A stretch of DNA of 28,562 bases from Deltaproteobacteria bacterium (GTDB lineage Bacteria > Desulfobacterota > Binatia > UBA12015), in the NCBI GenBank assembly GCA_046583355.1, contig JAYGCM010000053.1, positions 1 through 28,562 on the forward strand, in the 5' to 3' direction. Positions 19,100 to 26,724 of the stretch are shown one piece after another (the first letter of the stretch is position 1; every line of letters starts with the position of its first letter). The position numbers and the translations under genes are program-made. Under the pieces are notes generated by a model. That model saw nothing but the letters and a program-made list of their open reading frames with translations. It was not told where the DNA came from and did no database searches.

Positions 19100-19175
19100 C
19101 GAGTCTGGGGATCGGCTCTCCGGTAGGCAGATGCAGGGCTGCGTGTTTGCGTCTGCGAGTGATACACCTCGGGTC

Positions 19176-19592
19176 ATGAACGACGTTACAATCGAACACC
19201 CGGCGATCGGAATCACGGGCCGCGTGCTGTTCACGCTGATCTTTTTTCTCTCCGGCATCACGCATTTCACGGGAATCGACGGCTACGTGAGTCTCATGCC
19301 GGAGGCGATTCCGTGGCGTACCTTCTGGGTGCTGATCTCGGGCGTTGTCGAGCTGATCGGCGCGGTCCTCATTCTCACGAATCGTCTCCCGAAGGCCGGG
19401 GCCTGGCTCCTCGTGATCTTTCTCGTCCCGGTCACCATCGCCGTCCACGGCGTCGAGATGGTGACGAGCCCCGACGCGCAGATGCGCGCCATTCAGATGT
19501 CCTTCTTCTTGAAGGGCCTGGCGATGACCGGTGCCGCCTTGCTGATCACCCAGCTCGGCGTGGCGCCGCGTGCCGCGAGCTCGGACTCGTGA
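19176..19592 (+). CDS. DoxX-family membrane protein
   Basis: GRVLFTLIFFLSGITHF, GVVELIGAVLIL, FLVPVTIAVH and FFLKGLAMTGAALLI. Confidence 0.88.
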   Translation: MNDVTIEHPAIGITGRVLFTLIFFLSGITHFTGIDGYVSLMPEAIPWRTFWVLISGVVELIGAVLILTNRLPKAGAWLLVIFLVPVTIAVHGVEMVTSPDAQMRAIQMSFFLKGLAMTGAALLITQLGVAPRAASSDS

Positions 19593-19662
19593 GCGCCTTT
19601 TGCGCCGCGCTTTCGGGCGGCATGTTCTTCCCTGCTGGCGATCTAGGCGCGCTCAGCCCTGC

Positions 19663-20268
19663 TCACTCGCCCGGGCAGGGATCGAGGCGCATCGCCACCG
19701 AGGTTTCCCGGGCCTCGCGGGCGTAGAGGCCGATCGCGGCGGCAGCACGGGCCACCGCGTACTTCTCGACCAGGAGCGCATGAATCAGTTTGACCGTCGC
19801 TCGGTCCTCAAGGAGGATAGGCATCACACAAAAGGTGTCGCCATTTCTGAGTAGCTTGAGCTGCGCGCCGTCCAAGGAGTGCTCGATCGCCTTCGTGCGC
19901 GGCATTCCGACCCATGTGCCGTCTTCGCGGTCCACGATCCAGAGTCGCAGCTCGGCCGGCTGGCCGGCGCTATCGGTGGCGTAGAGAGAGACGACCTCCT
20001 CGAGCTCCGCCATTGTGGCGTAGAGACCGAAGAAGAGCACGATGGGGCTCGCCGCCAGGGCCAGTCGCCTGAGCCCACGCGGCGCGGCGGAGGAAACCAG
20101 CATAGCGCCGAGTAGCAATGCCCCCAATCCGCCGAATAGGTTCGCCCCGCGCGGCATGGCGTAGGCGCCTTCATGCAGGGAGCGGACCGCGAAAACCGCG
20201 ATGCCGAGGGCGAGTAAGCCCCAGCCAACTACGGTTTGGATTTTTGACGATACGCTGGATTCCTTCAC
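19663..20268 (-). CDS. Hypothetical membrane protein (3 N-terminal TM helices plus soluble domain)
   Basis: AGGAGG SD before GTG 20268; C-terminal EVV.L...LWIVD...WV...EKY pattern loosely like split-barrel/DUF2255 proteins. Confidence 0.75.
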   Translation of the reverse strand: MKESSVSSKIQTVVGWGLLALGIAVFAVRSLHEGAYAMPRGANLFGGLGALLLGAMLVSSAAPRGLRRLALAASPIVLFFGLYATMAELEEVVSLYATDSAGQPAELRLWIVDREDGTWVGMPRTKAIEHSLDGAQLKLLRNGDTFCVMPILLEDRATVKLIHALLVEKYAVARAAAAIGLYAREARETSVAMRLDPCPGE

Positions 20269-20324
20269 GAGGCCCTCCTGAGATGGAAAAACTGACTCAC
20301 ATACCTATAGCGCGGGTGCCTATG

Positions 20325-20413
20325 GCGCCATCCCCGGAGCTGATTCGTTCGAGCCTGAAAGCGGATTCTGGATCGACGCGCAAGCCTCAAGTCTCCGCCG
20401 GTTGCGTCGCGCT
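20325..20413 (+). repeat. Diverged direct repeat, copy B
   Basis: Partner of 19012-19099. Confidence 0.9.
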
Positions 20414-20800
20414 GGGGCACGAGAACTCGACGCGGTTGCCGGCGGGGTCGGCAAGAATCACAAAATAGCCGACCGGTGGCGGGAATTGGGTCGGGCCCTC
20501 GACGATCGGCACGCCGGCGGCAAGCGCCCGCTCGCAGATTCTGTCAATTTCGGCCTTGCTCTCGCATTCAAAACCGAGATGCTCCATCGCGTGCGGGTTG
20601 TCGGGTTGGTTGCCGAGGCGCTGCAGCAAAACGAGCAGGAAAGGCCGGGCCACCGTGCCGGCGTCGAGCCAGGCCACGCGCAAAGCGCCGTCGACCCGAT
20701 CGTGTATGATCTCAAGCCCCGCATACGCGCGGTAGAACGCCGCCATCGCATCGATATCGGGAACGTTGAAAGCCACATGGGTAAGCGACGGTCGTGCCAT
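20387..20800 (-). CDS. VOC/glyoxalase-family protein
   Basis: LTHVAFNV, FYRAYAGL, HLGFEC and PPVGYF...DPAGNRVEFS. Confidence 0.9.
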   Translation of the reverse strand: MARPSLTHVAFNVPDIDAMAAFYRAYAGLEIIHDRVDGALRVAWLDAGTVARPFLLVLLQRLGNQPDNPHAMEHLGFECESKAEIDRICERALAAGVPIVEGPTQFPPPVGYFVILADPAGNRVEFSCPSATQPAET

Positions 20801-20889
20801 TTTCTTCGATCCTTCTTTGGAGCCCGGTGAGTGGGCCGGCGGCCACGATTTCACGATACACGCCCTCTGCCTCCGAACTCGCTCTCATT

Positions 20890-21693
20890 TCAATCCTTGA
20901 ACTCCGGCGGTCGTTTGTCCCTACGGGCCCGCACCGCCTCTTCGAAGTTCTTCGTTGTCATGCGCACGAAGAGCTGTGTGTGGCTCTCCAACTCGATCGC
21001 CGCCCGGAGACTCGAGGTCTCGAGCCCCGCCCACATCATCCGTTTTGTTAGAGCGACGCCCTGCGCACTCCATCCGTTGATCTGCCTGGCGAGGGCGATC
21101 GCCTCCGGCAGGAGTTCGGCGTCCGGGACGACCTTGGATACTAGCCCCATATCGGCGGCTTCGGTCGCGCTGACATCACGACCCGAGAGCATGATCTCGA
21201 AGGCCCGTGACGAGCCGATGGCACGTGGGAGGAGGAAGCTCAGTCCCAGTTCGGTCGCCGTGAGACCGTTGTTGATTCCCGCAGCTCGAAAGTAGGCCGA
21301 CTCACTCGCGATGCGGATGTCGGCGCCCAGCGTGAGGCAGAATCCGCCACCGATGGCGGCGCCGTTGATCGCGCAGATCACGGGTTGCGGCATCCGTTGC
21401 ATCGCCGGAACCAGATCTGCGAGGATCGTCATCGCCCGCGTCGCAATGCGTGTGAGCGTGAGTCCCTCGATGTTCGGCGGCGGCTCGGAGTCCTGCGTGT
21501 CGGCGCCGGAGCAGAAGCCTCGACCCGTGCCGGTCAAGATGACGCAGGTCGTTTCATTGTCGTTGCCGACTGTCACGAGTGCCTCGTGAAGCGGAACCAT
21601 CAGTTCGAAACCCATCGAGTTCATCCGCTCGGGACGGTTGAGAACGATCACACTGATGTCGGGACTTGGTTTCTCGATTCGCACGAGACTCAT
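20890..21693 (-). CDS. Enoyl-CoA hydratase/isomerase (EchA12-like)
   Basis: LNRPERMNSM, GFCSGAD, AINGAAIGGG and AYFRAAGINNGLTATELGLSFLLPRAIGSSRAFEIML; AAGGAGG SD. Confidence 0.93.
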   Translation of the reverse strand: MSLVRIEKPSPDISVIVLNRPERMNSMGFELMVPLHEALVTVGNDNETTCVILTGTGRGFCSGADTQDSEPPPNIEGLTLTRIATRAMTILADLVPAMQRMPQPVICAINGAAIGGGFCLTLGADIRIASESAYFRAAGINNGLTATELGLSFLLPRAIGSSRAFEIMLSGRDVSATEAADMGLVSKVVPDAELLPEAIALARQINGWSAQGVALTKRMMWAGLETSSLRAAIELESHTQLFVRMTTKNFEEAVRARRDKRPPEFKD

Positions 21694-21727
21694 CGAAGAC
21701 CTCCTTGATTGGCGGCTGAAAACGCCT

Positions 21728-22936
21728 TCATACGGGGCGCAACTCGACCCGCATTTCCTTGATGCCGTTGATGAGGTTCGACCGCAGCCGGCGCGGAGGA
21801 GCCAGAGGGGTGATCTCCGCAACACCTCCGAGCAGCTCTTCGAACATCACGCGCATCTCGAGCCGGGCGAGGCTCGCACCCAGGCAGAAATGCTCGCCAA
21901 ATCCGAAACTCAGGTGGTCGTTCGGGTCGCGCCGAATGTCGAAGCGATCGGGGTCCTCGAACACGGACTCGTCTCGATTCCCGGAGGGGTACCACATCAC
22001 GACCTTGTCGCCTTTGCGGATTGTCTTGCCGCGCATCTCGACGTCGCACATAGCGGTACGGCGGAAGTGGTGGATCGGCGGCCAGAAGCGGAGCATCTCT
22101 TCGATGGCACTCGGAAGGAGAGATGGGTTCTCTCGGAGCATCGCAAGCTGCTCGGGGTGCTCGAGCAGCGTCGTCAAGCCGCCGCTCATCGCCGTGCGGG
22201 TCGTTTCGTTGCCGGCGATGATCAGGAACATGAAGAACGTGTTGAACTCGGCCTCGCTGAGCTTCCAACCATCCACCTCGGCGGTGAGGAGTCGCTGCGT
22301 GAGGTTGTCGCCCGGAGTCTTCCGCTCACGCTCGGCGAGCTGTTGCGCGATCATGAACACCTCGATCTGCGCTTTCGTCCGGAACTCGGAGGTTCCGGCC
22401 ACCTCGGGATCCTGATCGTCGACGAGACCGCCGCTGAGCTCGAGCAAGCGGAGCCGATGCTCCTCGGGCACGCCCATCATTTCGCTGATGGTATGCATCG
22501 GGACCGGAGACGCGTACTCGGCGACGAAGTCGATTTCGCGTTTTTCGAGGGCCCGAGCGACCGCTTCGCGGGCCAATGCCCGGATGGGCGCTTCGAGTTC
22601 GGAGACGGCCCGCGGCGTGAAGATCGTGCTGACCAGTCCCCTCGACCTGCGGTGGTCGGGCGGATCCTGCGCGATCACGATCGACCGGTACGCCGCGAGC
22701 TGCCCCTCATCCTCTACGTCGAGGCGAGAGACGCCGGCGGCGTAGCTTGAGAAGCGTGCCGGGTCGTTGGAAACGGCGCGGATGTCGGCGTGCAAGGTGA
22801 GGGCCCAGAAGCCCGGCCCGTCCGGCTCCTCGTGCCAGTGCACCGGGTCGGTGCGGCGCAACTCCGCGAAGGCTCCGTAGGGAACGCCACGCTCCCAGAT
22901 GGATTGGTCGATCAGATCCACTTTCGGTTCTCTCAT
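21728..22936 (-). CDS. Cytochrome P450, CYP124/CYP125-like
   Basis: GPGFWALT, DPPDH, LIIAGNETTR, EEMLR, FRRTA, YPSGNRDE and HLSFGFGEHFCLG. ATG 22936 has an AGGGAG SD. Confidence 0.9.
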   Translation of the reverse strand: MREPKVDLIDQSIWERGVPYGAFAELRRTDPVHWHEEPDGPGFWALTLHADIRAVSNDPARFSSYAAGVSRLDVEDEGQLAAYRSIVIAQDPPDHRRSRGLVSTIFTPRAVSELEAPIRALAREAVARALEKREIDFVAEYASPVPMHTISEMMGVPEEHRLRLLELSGGLVDDQDPEVAGTSEFRTKAQIEVFMIAQQLAERERKTPGDNLTQRLLTAEVDGWKLSEAEFNTFFMFLIIAGNETTRTAMSGGLTTLLEHPEQLAMLRENPSLLPSAIEEMLRFWPPIHHFRRTAMCDVEMRGKTIRKGDKVVMWYPSGNRDESVFEDPDRFDIRRDPNDHLSFGFGEHFCLGASLARLEMRVMFEELLGGVAEITPLAPPRRLRSNLINGIKEMRVELRPV

Positions 22937-23022
22937 TCGAAACTCGTCTCCCTGCCGGCCTCGCATCGTGCGGGCGATTTGGCGTCCGGGAACCATCTCG
23001 GCCCGCCCACCAGCGCGGACTC

Positions 23023-23051
23023 ACCGTAGGTCGAACGGCCACCAGGATCAA
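23023..23051 (-). promoter_or_regulatory. Candidate sigma70 promoter for the P450-ech(-VOC) unit
   Basis: Minus strand TTGATC-N17-TACGGT. Confidence 0.55.
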
Positions 23052-23067
23052 GCAAGCGATTACTTAA
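23048..23067. promoter_or_regulatory. Imperfect palindrome resembling a KstR2 operator
   Basis: TCAAGCAAGCGATTACTTAA; the core AGCAAGCGATTACT differs from AnCAAGnnCTTGnT at 2 positions and overlaps the -35. Confidence 0.45.
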
Positions 23068-23095
23068 CTCGGTTCCGTCATCGGCGCTTCCGAGC

Positions 23096-23141
23096 GAATA
23101 GGGACAGAATAGGGACAGAACGAATAGGAACCCTCCGGGCT
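23096..23141 (+). repeat. Dispersed 25-bp element copy 1, preceded by 2 x 11-bp tandem
   Basis: AGAACGAATAGGAACCCTCCGGGCT at 23117-23141; (GAATAGGGACA)2 at 23096-23117. Confidence 0.85.
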
Positions 23142-23365
23142 GAGCCGGGAAGCAAGACAAGGCCGCCGGCCGGAGATGGGGTAGGGCCCAGCCTCGCAGG
23201 GCGCCCGGCCAGCTGCCGGGATCGATGTTTCATCTGGCTCGCGCCCGAGCTTCGCGATCGCCGTAGCCTCCGGTCAGCGCTTCTCCTTCGGTCCGCGTTT
23301 GCGACCCAAGGCCGACAAGGCCTACGGCAGCGTAGCGGAGTAGTTGCAGGGCGAGCCCAAGGAGC

Positions 23366-24277
23366 TCATCCTCTTTCCAATTGTCGCGCCGATTGAAAAC
23401 GAAGAATTCGCCCATTCTCGGGGTGAGGGAGTTCCAGGGATTTCGCCAGTAGGCGAAGGGGCGCGGAGAAGTCGTCGCCCTTGTCGGGTATCAAATCTGG
23501 ATAGAAGGGGTCGTTGAGGATGGGTGCGCCGAGGGCCGCCATCTGCACCCGCAGTTGATGTTTGCGGCCCGTGATGGGGCGCAGTCGCACCATCGCTTTG
23601 CCTTCCGCTTGGTGAATGATTTCGATCGATACCTGGCTATTGGCATCGCCCTCGACCTCTTTCATTCGAAAGAAGGGCTCTCCTTTGACGATGCGACTTT
23701 CATAGACCGCTGGCAGAGAGTCCACCCCGGGGCCCTGCACGATAGCCTCGTAAGATTTTACGATCAGGCGCTTCTCGAAAAGGCGCTGCCATGCGCCTCG
23801 ATTGATCTGCCTTTTCGAGAACAAGACGAGGCCTGCGGTTTCGCGATCGATACGATGGAGGGGTGCGAGCTCTTCACTCCCGGATCGTCGACGGAGTCGA
23901 GAGAGCAGTGTTTCTTCCACGAATCGGCCGGCGGGCATGACGGGCAGGAAATGAGGTTTGTCGGCTACTAGTATGTCCTTGTCTTCGTAGACAATGCTTT
24001 CTTCGAAAGGAATGCTGATCTCGTCTTCCACCACTCGATAATAGAAAAGGTGGCGCCCGCCGAGATAGGGAGCATCGGGGCCGATAGCGGCGCCTCGCTC
24101 GTCGACTATCTCGCCTGCCTGCATTCGACTGCGCAGGCGATCGCGTGAGATTGTTGGCAGACGTACCTCCAGGAACGAAAGCGTATCGGACCACGATTGG
24201 TCCTCGGGCAACCAAAGGGTGCTCGCGGCCACGCCATTGCGCAAAGGAAGGGGGCGTCTCTGGGCCAATTTGTCCAT
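23366..24277 (-). CDS. rluA: RluA-family pseudouridine synthase
   Basis: VADKPHFLPV, LHRIDRETAGL (catalytic Asp), TGRKHQLRVQ and PILNDPFY. Confidence 0.9.
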   Translation of the reverse strand: MDKLAQRRPLPLRNGVAASTLWLPEDQSWSDTLSFLEVRLPTISRDRLRSRMQAGEIVDERGAAIGPDAPYLGGRHLFYYRVVEDEISIPFEESIVYEDKDILVADKPHFLPVMPAGRFVEETLLSRLRRRSGSEELAPLHRIDRETAGLVLFSKRQINRGAWQRLFEKRLIVKSYEAIVQGPGVDSLPAVYESRIVKGEPFFRMKEVEGDANSQVSIEIIHQAEGKAMVRLRPITGRKHQLRVQMAALGAPILNDPFYPDLIPDKGDDFSAPLRLLAKSLELPHPENGRILRFQSARQLERG

Positions 24278-24314
24278 AAGGGGGTTACGCTGCCGATTGA
24301 TTATTGCGAAAGGT

Positions 24315-24339
24315 AGCCCGGAGGGTTCCTGCTCGTTCT
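24315..24339 (-). repeat. Dispersed 25-bp element copy 2 (inverted)
   Basis: Reverse complement is AGAACGAGCAGGAACCCTCCGGGCT, 23/25 identical to copy 1. Confidence 0.85.
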
Positions 24340-24407
24340 CTTTCCCCTCCGAAGAAGGTCGTGGTGAGATTTGCGAGCTGAAGGTCGCGTCTCTACAGGT
24401 TTACCCC

Positions 24408-24440
24408 GACGCACCTCGGCGAAGGCGGCGGGGGTGCGTC
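24408..24440 (-). terminator. GC-rich hairpin just downstream of the NTF2 gene (no U-tract)
   Basis: Arms GACGCACCTC and GGGGTGCGTC are complementary at 9 of 10 positions. Confidence 0.4.
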
Positions 24441-24445
24441 ATCGG

Positions 24446-25012
24446 TCAGCTCTCGTCTTCGCGCTCGGCGACAGTCGCGTACCAATCAAAGGTATTCGCC
24501 TTTACCCAACCCGGCATCCGGCTGCCCTTGCGCAGGCGTGCCTGCATCGTCTCGGTAAGCACGCCGTCGTTCCACATCTGCTGGAAAGTTGCGCCACTGC
24601 AAGCGCTGTCGAAGAAATCGCGCTGCCAGCACCACTGGAAATTTCCGGCGTAGCGGAACCACGACCCTCCGGTGCCGCCAATCTCGTAGGCGCTGCCGTC
24701 GGGCCCCTGGATCGGCGCGACCTGGCGCCAGAAGCCCATGAACTCCCCCTTTTTCTCATCGATCAGCGTGCGCACATAGGGGTAATGCCAGGTTTCAAGG
24801 CCCTCCATCTCGGTGCCGTAGGCGATCTCGGCGATCTCCTTGCGGCCTCGCGCAACGAACTCGTACTTCGGCCCGTTGCCCCAAGAGTAGAGCGCGTCCT
24901 CAGTGTAGAAGTCCGGCATCCGGCTCCAATCGCCGGTACGCCCCGCCTCCAGGTTCCCCTGTACGAAACGCTCGACCATCTCTTCGAGTTCTTCCCGCGA
25001 ATACGCGTGCAT
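24446..25012 (-). CDS. NTF2/SnoaL-like protein, Rv0762c-like
   Basis: YSREELEEMV, GDW...DFYTEDA.Y.W..GP, G.EMEGL..W.YPY...IDEKKGE..GFWRQ and GGSWFRYAG...W.WQRDFFD match M. tuberculosis Rv0762c as recalled. Confidence 0.85.
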   Translation of the reverse strand: MHAYSREELEEMVERFVQGNLEAGRTGDWSRMPDFYTEDALYSWGNGPKYEFVARGRKEIAEIAYGTEMEGLETWHYPYVRTLIDEKKGEFMGFWRQVAPIQGPDGSAYEIGGTGGSWFRYAGNFQWCWQRDFFDSACSGATFQQMWNDGVLTETMQARLRKGSRMPGWVKANTFDWYATVAEREDES

Positions 25013-25062
25013 CTGGCAGATCCCCTTTCCTTTCGCTCTCCATACGCGCTAACGAGGCCGAT

Positions 25063-26667
25063 GTGAACCGACTCGATTTGCGCGCCGCCGAAAAACGATT
25101 GCTGGGAAGCATGCTGCGCCGGCAGGCAGACGAGATTCCCGACCGCGATTTCCTCATCGAGGACGGGCGCCGCATCACCTACGGCGAGGCGAATCGGCTT
25201 GCCTGCTCTGCGGCGAGCGGCTTTCGCGCTCTCGGCGTCGTGCACGGCGATACGGTTGCCTTCCTGATGGGCAGCTGCCCGGAGTTCGCACTCGCAGCGC
25301 TTGGCCTGAACAAACTCGGCGGCATCTGGGTGCCGACGAATACCGAATACAAGGGACGCTGGCTTGAGGAGAGTCTGCAGGACAGCCGCGCGCGCGTGCT
25401 GGTGGTCGATGGCGAGCTGCTGCCGAAACTCGCCGGACTGCGCGAGCTTCCCTTCGAGCAGTTGATCGTCCGCGGCAGCGACCCGGGTACACTCGACCTG
25501 CCCCGCCAATCGCTCGACGAGTTTCTCGCTCAGGCAGGCGAGGAGCCCGACGAGGCGGGGCTTCATTTCGGCCAGACCGCGGCCGTCCTCTTCACCTCGG
25601 GCACCACGGGCCGCGCCAAGGGCGTGATGCAGAGCCATAATGTCTGGATCCAGGGCGCCGAATCGACGCTCGACCAGCTCGACCTCAAGCCGGACGACGT
25701 GGCATATAATTGTCTGCCGATGTACCAATCGGCCGCTTGGGTCGGGAACCTCTTCCTCGCCCTTGCTGCCGGAATTCCGTGCGCGATGGATCCGGCCTTT
25801 TCGGCCAGCGCGTTCTGGGACCGCCTGCGCCATTTCGGCGCGACCGTTACGATCACCCTCGGTGCGATGCATATCTTCCTCTGGCAGGCCGACGAGCGCG
25901 ACGATGACGCAGACAACCCGCTACGCGCCGCCCTGATGGTGCCGATGCCCGACGAGATCGAGGCCGACTTCAAGAAACGATTCGGCATCGAGCGCATTAT
26001 CCAGGCCTACGGCCAGAGCGAGGCGATGCCGATTCTCCGCCGCACGCCGGGAAGGTCCTGGAAGGCCAACAGCCTCGGCGAACCACACCCCCTGATGGAG
26101 GTGCGCCTCCTCGACGAATTCGACGAAGAAGTCTCGGTCGGCGAAGTCGGCGAGATCGCCATCCGCACCAGTGCCCCTTTTGTCTTCTTCAACGGATATT
26201 TTCACAACGCCGAGGCCACCGCCCGAGCCTTCCGCAACCTCTGGTACCATAGCGGCGACCTTGTCCGGCAGGACGCCGACGGCGATTATTTTTTCGTTGA
26301 TCGCAAGGCGGATTATATCCGCTTCAAGGGTCGCAATATCTCGTCCTTCCATGTCGAGGCAGCCGCGGCGGCCCACCCGGCCGTTGCCGCGGCGGCCGCC
26401 CATGGCGTGCAGAGCGACGAGCTCGCCAGTGAATCCGAATTGAAGCTGGTTATCGTGCGAGCGCCCGATGCTGACATCGAACCGGAGGACCTTGCCCGCT
26501 TCATCGGCGAGAATGCTCCCTATTTCTTCGTCCCGCGCTATATCGAAATTCTCGACGCCCTGCCTATGACACCGACCGGTCGCGTACAGAAATACAAGCT
26601 GCGGGAGCGCGGCATCACGAAAGATACCTGGGACGCGAAGACCGCAGGCTTCCGTCCGGCGCGCTGA
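25063..26667 (+). CDS. AMP-forming acyl-CoA ligase (CaiC-like)
   Basis: LFTSGTTGRAKG, AYGQSE, WYHSGD, FFVDRKADYIR and LPMTPTGRVQK. Confidence 0.93.
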   Translation: MNRLDLRAAEKRLLGSMLRRQADEIPDRDFLIEDGRRITYGEANRLACSAASGFRALGVVHGDTVAFLMGSCPEFALAALGLNKLGGIWVPTNTEYKGRWLEESLQDSRARVLVVDGELLPKLAGLRELPFEQLIVRGSDPGTLDLPRQSLDEFLAQAGEEPDEAGLHFGQTAAVLFTSGTTGRAKGVMQSHNVWIQGAESTLDQLDLKPDDVAYNCLPMYQSAAWVGNLFLALAAGIPCAMDPAFSASAFWDRLRHFGATVTITLGAMHIFLWQADERDDDADNPLRAALMVPMPDEIEADFKKRFGIERIIQAYGQSEAMPILRRTPGRSWKANSLGEPHPLMEVRLLDEFDEEVSVGEVGEIAIRTSAPFVFFNGYFHNAEATARAFRNLWYHSGDLVRQDADGDYFFVDRKADYIRFKGRNISSFHVEAAAAAHPAVAAAAAHGVQSDELASESELKLVIVRAPDADIEPEDLARFIGENAPYFFVPRYIEILDALPMTPTGRVQKYKLRERGITKDTWDAKTAGFRPAR

Positions 26668-26724
26668 GAGAACCTTCGCCGGGCCGGAGCTCTCCGACGC
26701 GTCGTCAGCCGCGCCGCAGGAGCT

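Noticed and set aside
19127..19156. Hairpin GCAGATGCAG/TTGCGTCTGC upstream of doxX as an attC site or riboswitch
   Set aside because: No GTTRRRY cores or recognisable aptamer motifs; it is a simple stem only.
21638..22750. Long antisense ORFs (370 aa here; also 3060-4028, 9599-10579, 15823-16878, 24763-25872)
   Set aside because: They are shadow ORFs of well-supported genes in high-GC DNA and have no recognisable motifs.
23118..23131. GAAC-N6-GAAC in the 25-bp element as an alphaproteobacterial LexA box or KstR site
   Set aside because: The LexA box needs N7 and KstR needs an inverted TnnAACnnGTTnnA; neither fits.
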